Shown: positions 34,637-47,200 of the stretch, in pieces
Layout: the number at the start of each line of letters is the position of its first letter
How positions within the stretch are numbered: the stretch's first letter is position 1
Assembly: GCA_030295235.1 (NCBI GenBank)
Contig: AP026134.1
Span: 1,302,001 to 1,355,535 of the forward strand
Origin: Fistulifera solaris
Lineage: Eukaryota
Length of the DNA stretch: 53,535 bases
Reading direction: 5' to 3'
The notes under the pieces: generated by a model
The model's database searches: none
What the model saw: the letters and a program-made list of their open reading frames with translations, nothing else
What the model was told of the DNA's origin: nothing
Program-made: the position numbers and the translations under genes

Positions 34637-35748
34637 TCGTCCGCATCTCTCGTACGAAATCCGCGTACTTGCAAAATAAACTATTCATGACTGAAATGCA
34701 GTCGTGGCGAAACACGGACAACACTTTGAGCTACATTAAATAAAATTAAACGAACAGCAATTCGTAAGGAATTTGTTGATCGATAAAGCGAGAAAGGCAT
34801 CTCAAATGCCGCCGATGGTAATTGCATCATGACAATGACGGTAGTAAGTCTGTAAGCCGGAAGAACAAAGGGAGCTCGAGGAGCGGTCGAGCTGGGAAAA
34901 TATGATGATTCATGGCTAAATTGCAGTCCCGGTAAAACTGATACGGAGTACTACCAGTACCAGTACACTTTGGACGCAACGCACGCAATACCGCAACACG
35001 CAACAACCAAGGCAACAAAACCCCCGCATTTTTTTCAAGTTGCACGCGACGCTCGTCGCAATTTTCGTCGATTTCCACAATGAAACCAGATACGGGTATA
35101 TTCCGATTGCATTGAAAGGCGCTACCAGGTATCTTTTTCAAGTGTAGATAACCTTCTTGATAGTTGATAGGGTACCGGTACCCGGTACCTGGTATGTCGA
35201 CGCCCTGCAACGCGTCCCCGTAAATGGCCAACAATGAGGACTCCCACGAGAAAAAGGACGCCAAGCACACTCTACAACAGCGTCAGACTTCCTTCGAAAG
35301 AGCAATAGGTCAAAGAGATAAAAAGGACTCTTGCGGGAAATAAGAGTTATAAGTACTACGTAGTACCGGTAAGTGGTATGCCAATATCTGAAAACTTTGA
35401 GAACACAGATGCTTCCGCTCAAATGTACATCTTACTACTAGTAGCAACGACCAATTCCTCCAATTCCCATCATCTGTGATGATTTGCAGCATGAAATGAA
35501 GGATACAATGCTTCCACTGCCCACTTCTCCGTACACTTCAATATGCTTTCTATTCTTGAAAGGACTCCCACGGTGCGTGACGTGTGAACGGAGAAACAAA
35601 ACGATCCCTCTCAGGACATTTTTATCTGACGAAGAGACCTTTTCATTCGTCTCACAATTTCAGCTTTGATTAAGAATCAACGCAACTTCCACACGGACTC
35701 CTCAGCAATTATTTATTTCTACTTCTTCTCCTTTCATTCTGTTTCATC

Positions 35749-36689
35749 ATGCAACTCTCTGCTGCTTTGTTAAGTCTTTTGAGTCAGACGACGACGGCGG
35801 AACCTTCTCCTGTTGCAATCGGCTTGCAGTGCAGCAACGTCCCGATGGATCGCCTTAGCCATCGTGCGCATCTCATTGTTGCTCAGGCATTGCAAGATGC
35901 TTATCCTGCAGTTGCAAAGAATAAAAACTTCCTTTCTGATGTTCGTTTTGATCGTTCGCATGCGACCAAAGAGGACGCTTTGACTTGGAACGGCACCTGG
36001 AACTATGGCTGCCGTCTCTGCCCTAACGACGATGATGCTATGAATGCGGCACCTGTGGGCGCCTACATTGCCAATTTGGGAGGTGACATCTCACCAGCTG
36101 GTCTTCAAGCTTGGGAAACTGCTTTGACATCGGTGTTCCGCGCTACCGGGCATGCTGAATTGAAGAATGCCCGTGCCTGTCAAATCTCCTTGTATGATCA
36201 GAAGTACGAAGAGGAGGCCATGGTGGATGTGTCCATCGGTGTTCTTTGCGGCGGTGTTGATGCGGGTGCGCTCGGTGCTGGAGTCTCGGCTCGCGCTCTG
36301 GAAGTTGCGTACAACAAAGTGCATGAAGCATTCAATGGCGGCGACAATCTTCTTTCTGGTGTTCACTTTGATCAGATGCAGGCTGGCAAGGAAGCGAAAC
36401 TCAAGTGGAACGGAACTTGGAACTATGGCTGCCGCTTGTGCCCCAACGACGATGATTCTATGAGCGGTAAAGTCTTGGAAGTGCCCGTAGCTGAGTTCAT
36501 GGGCCAAATCGGATGCGCCTTTGCGACCCAGAAGACAACATCTTGTTGACGGACGACGCGGCATTGCGTGCCTGGGAAGCCGAGTACACGGCGGCCTTGC
36601 TCGAAACTCACAGCGAAGTCTTTGTCAACGTCCACGATTGCGTGATCGACATTATTCCTAGCGCTGGCGGTGCCACTTCTAAGGCCTAG
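35749..36689 (+). CDS. Secreted protein with two tandem Cys-containing domains (WNGTWNYGCRLCPNDDD x2); frameshift at ~36520
   Basis: Signal peptide and an internal duplication. The shifted tail ALRAWEAEYTAALLETH..HDCVIDI mirrors the first domain GLQAWETALTSVF..RACQISL and ends at TAG 36689. Confidence 0.7.
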
Positions 36690-36905
36690 ACACAAAAGTT
36701 ATCACAATGCTTGCAAAGAAGTAAAGCTCTAATATGTATAGAAAGTGATTCATGATATGTATCTTAACTATTATTAGTAGACCAATTTTCACAAAGAGGA
36801 AGAAAATATAAATATGCATTGATGTGGGCTAGCTTCCAAAACTTATTTACAAAGCAAACACTGCAATCCGACGTCGATACGCGGTTGATTGATTGACAAG
36901 ATCCT

Positions 36906-38057
36906 TCATGGTGATATGCTTCGATAATTTCGCCTAGCTGGTGAATCTTCATCACTGCTGCTGCAGTACTCAACAGTAAGCGTTGTGTATTCACTGTCGT
37001 GCTTGACGAGGGGAAAAAACGCTTTGCCGCCTACAAACTCTGTCTCTTCATTCTCGTCACTCTCGTCGTCATCAAACAGATCGCCGTATAGAAGGTCGTA
37101 TATTTGCTGGCATCGCTGTTTGCCGTGCATTAGAAAAAGTGCCAATATGCAGACTAGCCCCGCAACAAGCGACCAAAATCGACCTCGATGGTCATCTTCC
37201 ACTATCTCAGGAAAACATCCAAAACCTTTTGGAGGATCATCTGATAGTTCACATACGGTGGCGTCGATCCAATCCGCAACAGCGCTAACACGAGCATTGA
37301 TAGCCGGTAGATCCGGATCCGCGCATCCCACTCCCCACGAAACGAGTCCTACCAAAACTTCCTTGCCGTGCTCATCCGTAGCTATAATAGGACCCCCACT
37401 ATCGTAATCACATGCATCCTTGAGAGGCGTATGTGTGCACAAGTTTGTTTCATGAATGCGCCCTTCGTAACTCGTCTCGCCGTTGCTGGAAGCATTACAA
37501 GCAGCATTCAAAATAGTTTGCAGTGTAACTTGTTGCAACACATCCGGTCGTTCATCTGTGTCATCTCCTAAAACTCCTAAGCCCAACACGACGACATCTT
37601 GATGTTCACTCGGAAATCGGGGGTTGCGATTGAGCGCCAAGTAAGGCATTTTGGAAGAACCTTGCAATTTGATGATGGTAAAATCATAGACCATGTCTTC
37701 AAAATCATCATTTCGGTCAAACAGAGGATGCCGAAAGGCATGCTGCAATCGAAACGACTCTTGATAATCGTCATAGGAGTAGGCGCCGACATGTGGATGC
37801 ACACGATGCATATGCTCGCCCTTGCAATGGCCGGCCGTCAAAATAATATCCGGAGCAATTAGGACTCCACCACAATAGTCTTCCAGAGTACAAAAATATG
37901 GAAATTGAGTCGGATCGGCGTCGGCTCCATTTACAATGAGCGAGCGGCGCTCGACGTCAAGCAATTCTTCTGACAAAGAAAGAGAAAATTGCATCAATAC
38001 AAACAAGAAAATTGATGATTTGTACATCATTTTGACGGAAAGAGCAGATTTGTACAT
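36906..38057 (-). CDS. Trypsin-like S1 serine protease with a C-terminal transmembrane helix
   Basis: Signal peptide, IVNG, LTAGHC, YDF, DACDYDSGGP, VSWGVGC; TM FWSLVAGLVCILALFLM. Alternative start at 38030. Confidence 0.9.
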   Translation of the reverse strand: MYKSALSVKMMYKSSIFLFVLMQFSLSLSEELLDVERRSLIVNGADADPTQFPYFCTLEDYCGGVLIAPDIILTAGHCKGEHMHRVHPHVGAYSYDDYQESFRLQHAFRHPLFDRNDDFEDMVYDFTIIKLQGSSKMPYLALNRNPRFPSEHQDVVVLGLGVLGDDTDERPDVLQQVTLQTILNAACNASSNGETSYEGRIHETNLCTHTPLKDACDYDSGGPIIATDEHGKEVLVGLVSWGVGCADPDLPAINARVSAVADWIDATVCELSDDPPKGFGCFPEIVEDDHRGRFWSLVAGLVCILALFLMHGKQRCQQIYDLLYGDLFDDDESDENEETEFVGGKAFFPLVKHDSEYTTLTVEYCSSSDEDSPARRNYRSISP

Positions 38058-38781
38058 AAACAGGCGAGGGAATAAGGGCCTTGAAAGAAGTCAAACGAAG
38101 ATTTGCGGATCAGATGTCTCTCGTAGCGGCTTGTGATCGTACTGCGGGAAGTCTCCGTCAAAACGTTGAGGACGACTGACTCGTTAAGCCGATGAATCTT
38201 CAACCTATACCAACAAAACTCAAAGACCCTTCACGCTCAAACATCGGCACGCAAGAAGACAGCGTGATTGATAGCTTGTGACCGCGAAAGTGAAAATTGA
38301 GATCGCCCTTTCCTTGTTTTGTTGACAACAAAAGACCGTCAAGGTGTCAACAACAAACGAGTGAGCGTGTGTGAACTTTTTTCTTTCCATTTATTTCTCC
38401 CCCGCTGTCAAAGTTCTCACGCCAGACACACTAGCTTTTAGAGTGTAGTATCTCATCAAAGTTTATCATTGATGCTGTGCGTCATTCGAAAACGATTATT
38501 AGTATCACGCCAAGTGTAGAGGGTACCGAATTTCTGACCAAATTCGGCCAATTGGCGAGCTCGTCGACTGTAGTAGCACATTCACATTTTACATAGGCTG
38601 CACCAACTCGAAGCGACAGCTTACGGCACCCAAACACCATTTCCGTCTGTCCTTCGTGGTACTTATTGCCTTCAGGCGAAATAAAAGATCCGATGAACTT
38701 TCGTGACGCTTTTGCTTTTTTTGCGTCGGCATTCCGTCGACACGTTTCGCATTGCATGTCAGATCTTCCATTTTATCAGTA

Positions 38782-40532
38782 ATGTACGACTTTTCCTCAC
38801 ATAAATTATATACAATGATGAACTTTACAAAAGAAGAATTCTTCGTACAGGGTTTGGAAAACATTCAAGCCGCTTACGCCGAGTTTGACGGTCACATGTA
38901 CGCCGGAATGTTGCCTGCCGATAATGGCGATCGCATCAATCTTCAGACCATGTTTTGGCTTTTTGAGCCCACTACGCAAGAGATACCCAATTCTATGATT
39001 CTCTGGTTGAACGGAGGACCGGGCTGTAGTAGTTTTAACTGCGGAGTCATGATGGAACACTCGCCCGTTACGCAACCTTTACATGCTGCTGGCTATTGCT
39101 GCTTGCAGCCCGATCCGGAGTTACATGTCAACCCACACGCTTGGACGAAAGGAACGACTGTATTGTACGTCGAACATCCCATCGGAACGGGATTTTCGCA
39201 CGGAACGTATCCTTCGAATGAGACGGAAGCTTCAGCCGATTTGGACGCTTTCTTGCAAAACTTTCTTGCCGTCTTTGACCATTTGCAAGAATACGACTTT
39301 TTCGTCATGGGAGAGAGCTACGCTGGAATGTTTGGTAAGTCAAGAGGGGGATTGATAGAAAAGAGAATACTCCTTATGTCGTTCCGATTTGTTAGTCTCA
39401 TGTTCTTTCGTACTGATGATTCATGTTTCAATTCCCAGTTCCTTCCGTCGCAAGGGAGATTCACTTGAACAATAAGAAAAATAAAGCGGGTCGCATTCCT
39501 ATCAAACTAGGAGGTGCTGCATTAGGCAACGGATGGATTGATGGTATGATTCAAGGACCGGCGACGATTGATTATTCCTGGTGGCATGGTTTGATCGATC
39601 AACCTACGCGAGATGCCTTGCATGATATCTTCCAGGTATGCATGTCAGCACCGGAAAAGTTGTCAGCCCCCTTTCATCCATACACGGTGCAAGACGATTG
39701 TGGTATCATGTGGGGCATTCTGCAAGCTGCCGGGAACCCGAACGCGTACGATATCACGACATGGGATCCGAACGTCGATCAAGTTACGTTTACATCGGAA
39801 GCCTTCTTCAACACTCCCCAAGTCAAAGAGTTGCTGCACGTACTTAATCCTGAACATATCTGGCACGGTTGTCAAGCTGGAAGTGGTCGTCGTCGACAAT
39901 TGGCACGCCAGTTGTACATGGACAACGACCGTCCCTTGTCAGTGGTTCCGTACATTGCAGAGTTGCTCGATGCGGATATCCCCATCGTCGTTTACAATGG
40001 TGACCGCGATATGACCACCAATATGGTAGGAACGGAGCTTTGCTTGAATGGAATGAAATGGAAAGGTACTGACAACTGGATGGATGCTCCCCGTGGCTTG
40101 TGGAAAGTAAACGACTATCCGGCTGGTTGGGCGAAAGAATATAAGAGTCTGCAGTATGTTGTAGTTTACAACAGTGGTCACATGGTACCCTATAACGTCC
40201 CCGAAAGTGCATACGACTTGTTGAAACGGCTGCTGACCAAGAAATCTTTCATCGATGATGAAGCACCGGTCATTCGCGCCCCCAAATCCGTATCTGATCA
40301 CATGTCAATGTCTAAGCACATGACCGCAACTACCACTACAACCACCATGTCCTTATCGGCTACAGCATTGCCCAAAGAAATGGCGAACAATGTTGCCGGC
40401 GAAGGATTTACGATGATGAGTTTGCTTGTGGCAGTCGCGATTGGAATGATGTTGGGTGCTCTTTGGGGCAAGAGACGCGGCAACCAAGTTGGTTATCATA
40501 GCATTCCGAATGCTAACCAAGAGTCGCTTTAG
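38782..40532 (+). CDS. Serine carboxypeptidase (S10) with C-terminal TM helix; intron 39335-39438; 5' end uncertain
   Basis: WLNGGPGCSS, GESYAGMF|VP across a GTAAGT...CAG intron, YNGDRD, SGHMVP. Confidence 0.9.
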
Positions 40533-40985
40533 AACAGTCTAAGTAATAAGTAACAAGAGGTGGCCGATATTAGACCTAGAGTGAAAGAAATTCACTTTTG
40601 TCTGTTTTTTAGTTACGGAGTATTAAAATGAATTCATTGCTCTCCATAGCCTTGGTCGTTTTTGTCTCGAGCAAAGCTCTCAAGACTACTTAAAATGGTA
40701 CAGTGTTTTCTTCTATGGAACAGAATGAACGAAGCATGACATCATACTTTGTAGGGTCGCAAGCGTTCTGCACGAGAACAGCACGAGGAAAATCCTTTCA
40801 ACCGATACGTAGCTACCACGTAGAAATAAGTACTGTGCGTGATGTTGCCTCTTTATTCTGCCGGGTGGAGTGTTTTACGTTTGATTGATGCTTTTAATTC
40901 TGCACTTCCTGAAAGAGAATGCGTTTCAAAGAGACTCTTTTGTCAATCTTTATCAGTTTTAACAGAAGATCTTCATTGCTTCTTA

Positions 40986-42700
40986 ATGATGAACAAGCAA
41001 CGAAGGCTTTCAGTTGTCGTTGCTGCGATAGTAATGTCGCTGTCAAAAATAGATGCATTTGCTTCTTCTTTTGTGCAACGACCCGCGCGCACAAAAGTGA
41101 CTTTTTCATCCTATTCTTCGCAACGGGCGATTTCTATGCACATGGGGCACAGTCATAGTCATCATCATCATCATCATCACGATCATGCTTCGTCGACGTC
41201 GTCTTTAGTATCGCAAGAAGGCTCGACATTTCTTACTCGAATCCTCCGTTTTGCAACACGACGAGTTGCTCGATTTTCTTTGCCGGAGCTGCTGTAGCTG
41301 GAGCTGTTTATTTGCAAAAGCGCCATGTGCGTCCGAGTGATATTGGGTTATTTCTGGTTACTGCTCTTTCGCTGAGTGTGCTGGATAAAATCAAAGAACA
41401 AGTCAAAGATTGGAATGTTCGCTTTCAAGAATTTACAAAGACTCTAGAAAAACATGCGACGCCGCTTTTTGCAGGAGACGAGGAAGAACGAAAGTCACGG
41501 GAACTACATCGTGCTGCAGATCAGGTCACATACCTAGGAGTTGTTATTAATTTGGTGCTCAGTGGTGGCAAGGCTGTCATAGGTGTTCTATGCCATTCGA
41601 CGGCTCTGATTGCCGATGCCGGTCATTCTTTGTCGGATCTATTTTCTGATTTCATTACTTTATATGCGGTGCAGCTCGGTCGCTTACCACCCGATGACGA
41701 TCATCCTTATGGTCACGGCAAGTTTGAAGCAGTTGGGAGCTTATTTCTTGCTTTGACTTTGATCGCAACGGGTCTTTCAGTCGGAGCTACGAGCGCGCAG
41801 AAACTCTCAGAAATTCTCACATTATCATCATCGACGATTGCCGCACCTGCAATTCTACCGAAGCGACCTGCATTGATCATGGCGGGACTCTCGATTGTGT
41901 CGAAAGAATGGCTCTATCGTATCACAAAACGCGTGGGTGAGGCACTCAATTCACAAGTCGTCATCGCAAATGCCTGGCACCATCGCAGCGACGCCTATTC
42001 CAGTATTCTCGCCTTGTTCTCTATTGCATTAGCGATGAATGGCTGGCTAGCGGCGGATGCCGGTGCCGGATTGGTCGTTGCAGGGATGATTGCACTCACT
42101 GGAGTGGAAATTATGGGAGAATCAATCAAGCAGCTAACCGACACGGTCGATGAAACTCTTGTTCAGCGCGTTGAAATGGTCCTCCATCAAGCCATGCATC
42201 ACTACGGAAATCGTGTCATTTCTGGAATTCAACGTGTTAGAGCACGACAAGTGGGTTCCAGTTCTTTGGTCGATGTATCAATCGTGACACCACCAAATGT
42301 CACGAATCCTCGAGCCTTGGAAGATGAATTGCGCTCAAAGATTATGAAACAATTACCTTGTGTAATTGACGCCGAGGTACGGGCAGTCCCCAAAGAAGAC
42401 AATGAACATGATGCCGCCGCATCACAGTCCACGACACCTCAATCCGTAGTAGAGCAGGATGTTCGAGGTGAAATACAGAAACATGCATCTGTCGTGAGTA
42501 TTGGGGAGGTTCGCGTCGGTAGTAGTGGCAATGTGGATGTTACAATCCGCGTAGACCCCTCATCAACCGTACAAGAAGCCAACGGATTGGCTTTGCAACT
42601 CATTGATTCGCTGCAGAGTTACGAGACTATAGAATCTGCACGAATTTATCTTGATTTGAATGAACACATGTCCATGCCTATCGTCAACACCTCAACTTAA
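40986..42700 (+). CDS. Cation diffusion facilitator (CDF/MTP) metal transporter, putatively plastid-targeted; frameshift at ~41275
   Basis: Signal + DA|FASS; His tract; ADAGHSLSD, HPYGHGKFE, ANAWHHRSD motifs; apparently duplicated C-terminal cytosolic domain. Confidence 0.88.
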
Positions 42701-42778
42701 ACACCAGTAAGATACAGCTAAAACGATTTTTTCAAACAAATGCGTCTTACTTTTGTACAAGTCTATTCATTTCGATAC

Positions 42779-43744
42779 TCAGCGGGAGATATGTTTTAGG
42801 ACGATCGCTAAATGATTGACCATGATATTCAGCTTCTCGACGCAGGCCTCGTCTAAAGCCTCGTCTCCTGTTATTTGTAGAACCGCCAAGACATCATGCT
42901 GATTCGAAGCTAGAATAGGAGCCAGCAGAACGCGCTGTTGATTGTTCTCGGACGAGCAAATAATTTGCCGCGAAGCCATACAGTCTTGCACGGCATTGCT
43001 TCCGTGGGATAACATTTCTATATGCGTTCGTGAAGATGATCCTTGCGTTTGTGCATGTATTCGATCGAAATCCTTACTGAAAGGCATATAAATGGTACAT
43101 CTGGTATGCAGTGGAAATACAGATCCTGCATCCATCATATCCTCTACGATATTCTTCAGTTGCTTAGCCCGCTCGACTCGATCACGAGCATCTAAATCGA
43201 CCAGCAGCAAGGTTGTTGCTCCTACAGCGCAACCAAAAATAACCCCTACAACGGCTCCTAACATGCTAACATTGCGACAAATAGGCAATTGCCGTTGCGC
43301 AGGCGTCAATTGAGGAGGTGTAATCCAGCGTGCTTTCGTCAAGAATCGCTCTAAAGAACCCCCGAAAACGACCCCCGAAACGTCGCTTACAACTTGCCCC
43401 GCTGCGGCAGCTGTCATTGTTGCGAGACCCAAAGTAACTCCTAGGGTGCTATCAATGTATTGTCCTGCCTGAATCATAACGACATTATCCATAAAGCCGA
43501 AACCGACCATCGGAATAGCGCTCGCTAAAAACAGTTGTTGCAGTGCGGTTTGTGTGGGCTTCGGAGTCGCTGTAAAAATGCTATTCGTCAGCGTTGTAGG
43601 GTCGAGGGAATGAATGGGAGTGCTCGGGAGCCTTGATGATTCGTTCTTTCGACTCGAACGGCAGGTAATTACGGCGGTCGATTTCGAGCGACTGCGAAGC
43701 ACGCGTAATCGCTGCATTACCGATGCAAAGGACTTTGTTCTCAT
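42779..43744 (-). CDS. TMEM65: TMEM65-family membrane protein with a C-terminal GAF-like extension
   Basis: AIPMVGFGFMDNVVMIQAGQYIDSTLGVTLGLATMTAAAAGQVVSD; Arg/Ser-rich mitochondrial-type presequence from ATG 43744. Confidence 0.85.
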   Translation of the reverse strand: MRTKSFASVMQRLRVLRSRSKSTAVITCRSSRKNESSRLPSTPIHSLDPTTLTNSIFTATPKPTQTALQQLFLASAIPMVGFGFMDNVVMIQAGQYIDSTLGVTLGLATMTAAAAGQVVSDVSGVVFGGSLERFLTKARWITPPQLTPAQRQLPICRNVSMLGAVVGVIFGCAVGATTLLLVDLDARDRVERAKQLKNIVEDMMDAGSVFPLHTRCTIYMPFSKDFDRIHAQTQGSSSRTHIEMLSHGSNAVQDCMASRQIICSSENNQQRVLLAPILASNQHDVLAVLQITGDEALDEACVEKLNIMVNHLAIVLKHISR

Positions 43745-44252
43745 GGTAAAAGAAAGGGTAAAGTTACGAAGAAAATAAGCACAAAGCAACCTTTCAAAGC
43801 TTTGAATCTGTTGTGAATACGCGGAATGACTGATGGCTGGAAATGAATAGTACTTGTACTGGTAGTAGCACAACCAGCGCGAGACAAGAGATGACGACGA
43901 CAAAACACGAACTGATGGAAACCGAAACGCCGACGGAAGATGAAAAACGAAACTTTAACGGATAAAGCGCAGAAAGTTCCATACATCTTCCGGAAGAATG
44001 GCTACTATTGACTTTGAAGTAGTTCATAAGTGGTGCGACAATGAATTCGACACGGAACTAAGTCTACTACTCCGGAAACGGCGTTTAAATTCTGCCTCTT
44101 CGTAGACGCTACGTAGAATCTTGTACTGGACGCAGAATTTTAATGTCCTTTCCCGTACTACGTAGATAGACTACCCGAGAAAGCAAACCGATCAGTTAAT
44201 CGATTCAGATACATTGTACATATTTATATTAAAAAAGAACTACACCTCACCA

Positions 44253-47200
44253 TCAATTGCTTTGCCCGTCGTCCCACCTCCTCTGTGACATGGAATCGAG
44301 ATAAGAGCCACCACCAAACCAGCTGTTCTTCACTTCAGGATACACTTGGTTGCCTAATCTGGGCGTCGGGGGAGATGTATCGCTTTCCGGCTTCGTTTCC
44401 GTGTGAGTCTGGGCGATCTCGTTGTTGTTGATATCACTGTAAGTAGATTCAGAAACAGAAATATCTGCCGATGACCGATCGTCTTGCATCATTAACTCTC
44501 CGTAGCCATAGTGGGCAAAAGGATTTTGGTTGGGATCGGCTCCTTCTTTCGGATTCCATTCCGTATTTGGAAAGAAAGAAGGGAGCTGCACTGAAAACTC
44601 CTCTTGTTCAGGAAACGATGAAGAAAGAGTGTGTTCGTCGACGGCCATTGACTGCTCTTGTGGCAATTCATCGTAAGATTCCAACGTTGGGGACGGCGCC
44701 TCGAACTCTGAAAGAGGGTTCTCTTGTACAGAATATTCATTTGTCTGACTAGATTTATACAAAGAATCCAGATACGATCGCATTTGAGGCCGGGAAGCCT
44801 CTGCAAAACTGATAGCAGGGGGATAGTCATCGCGCTCTGAATAGTACATGGTCGGCGTCTCTGAGTAGCCACCTGGATGGATTCCAGGAAAGTCGAGAGC
44901 AGGCACAGGCTCGCTACTGTTCTGTTCTGTGACGTAAGAACCCCAATCGAAGACGCCATTGCTTTCTTTCAACTCCTCGTCATCAGGCCGTCGCATAGAA
45001 TCAAGATATGATTTTCCGTTTTGCCAGCTAGAGGACTGAGCGTCATTACGCTCGCGAAAACCTTCAACACCTAAGAGCGGACCATCGCTATACTCTCCAC
45101 AAACATCGTTTTCTCTTTGATAACCGTCTTCAAACGAAGCATCGGACTGAATTGGAGGGAATTCGTCATATGAATTTGAGAAAGGGATTTCGCTAGGGTC
45201 AAGAGGGAGGCTTTCGTCGTACATGGTCGTGGGAAAATCGCGGTCTTCATAGGCAGAGCGTTCGCCGAAAGAACTCGGAGAATAATTATCGCTTTCAAAA
45301 GGGGAGGCATCACCGTAGGGGCTCGGAGGGAACTGTTCTTGACGTTGCTCTTCTTCGCTAGGCAAATCTATAAACACGCTCTCGGCAGGATTGTCCTTGT
45401 ATTGAGGCGGCCTGCCCCATCCTCCTTGAAATGGTCCAAACCCTCTATTTGCAGTGTTGTCAACGTACTCTGGTTGCCTTGTCGTAGTCGAACCAAAAAG
45501 ATTTTCGGGAATATCCAAACGGAGACTACCGGGCTGGTAATTGCTCCTCAAAAACTCTGTAAAAAATACCGCCACGATTGCTATTACTGCGAACAGTGCC
45601 AACACGGTCTCGGTTAAGGTTTCGTTCTGGAGTGTTTTCAAACTCAGAGCCAGTAAGTGGACGTATTGAAGGAGGAGAAGCATCAGTGCCCCTCGTGGCT
45701 TGGGTTGATGCAACTTTAGATTTGTTAGTTTCGCTTGGACTGCTAGTTTGTTTTGGCGACGGTTGTTTCATGCCCCCAAAAATTGCTTCTCGGGTAGTAT
45801 CGCCATCGTAAATGGTGGCGGAGGAGCGCTCTTCATTTTGTTCAAAAGATTGGCAAAAAACTTTTTCCTATCCACATTAGCGTCATTCGCCTCGCTGGAC
45901 TTGTTTTCAGCGTTTTTCGCCGGGACTGACGATGTAAGAGATTGTCGAGTGGGTTGGGCTTCCTTCTGCTTTGATGTCGGTTTCTCTCCAACTACAGCGG
46001 GCGCGACGGATACTTGCTGTTTCTTCGTTGGCGGAGCAATTTCGGACTTGGACGTAGCTTCGACTGGCTTTCCAGTCCCCTGTTCGACCCAGACTTCCTT
46101 TTCCGGATCCCAGTGAAGTGGAGCAGCTTCCCCAGTCAATATTTTAAAACGGCTTCCCGAATAATCACCGGAAATTTGACTGTTTTGAACAGGAAAAGAA
46201 TCGTCGTCGGCAGTGGGAGCGTCTCCGAAGTGGGCTCTCGTGGCGTCTTGTAGATACGAGATAACCCCCGATTTATAAGCCGGATCGAAAACACCATTCG
46301 GTTGTGTGTAATCAGAAATTGAATCCGAAGGCGTTGAACTGGAAGCCGAGTTCCAGGACGAAGCAAAACTTTGACTTGCACCTTGAACTCTTCCCCCTCC
46401 GGACAAACTGCCGCTAGGATCGAAAGTGCCAGAAACTGTTCGTGGTCGATTAAAAACGCCCTGCGGGCTGTATGTTGATGATGAAGGACCGAGCGGAGAC
46501 GTAGCACGAGAATCCTGAGACGACGCGAACCAATCGTTTCCGGAACCACCATCACCGCCGCTTGAGAAGTACTGTGGAGTTGACGAAGGAAAAATTGTCG
46601 ATTTGCCCAAAGTTTGTTTGAGTACATCGAAAGCCCATGGATCCCATTTCTCTGCATGACTAAAAGAATTGGAGGACGAAGAATCCGAAGACCGTGAAGA
46701 ATCGCTACCCCACGAAGGTTCGGTTGATGGCGCTGATGGTGGCTCGGGAGCAGGAAATGACGTTGATTTACCCAAGGTTTGACTCAATACGTTGAAAGTC
46801 CGCGGATCCCACGTTTCTGTCTTTTCATACGAAATCATGCGCTGCCCTGGCTGTGGTGTCGGAAATTCTTCCACTTGATCACCACCTGTGGAAAAGTCCT
46901 GTGGAGCAGACGATGGGAAGTGCGTTGATTTCCCAAGTGTTTGACTTAAGACGTCAAATTTCCAGGGATCCCATGTTTCCGCGCGCTGAAAGGATGACCG
47001 AGAAGACGAGTCTCTCGTTGATACCGAAACATCAGTTGTCGACGACAGAGATATACCTGTGTTGGCAAAGTCTTCGAGAGAAGATGAAGGAAACATTGTT
47101 GATTTACCTAGAGTCTGGCTCATTACGTCGAATTTCCAGGGGTCCCAACTTTTCGCTCGATCAAATGATGGATCTGATAGTGCTTGGCTTCCAGCACTAA

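Noticed and set aside
35120..35200. Cluster of GGTACC/GTAC palindromes
   Set aside because: Similar short motifs are scattered through other intergenic regions here; no defined element boundaries.
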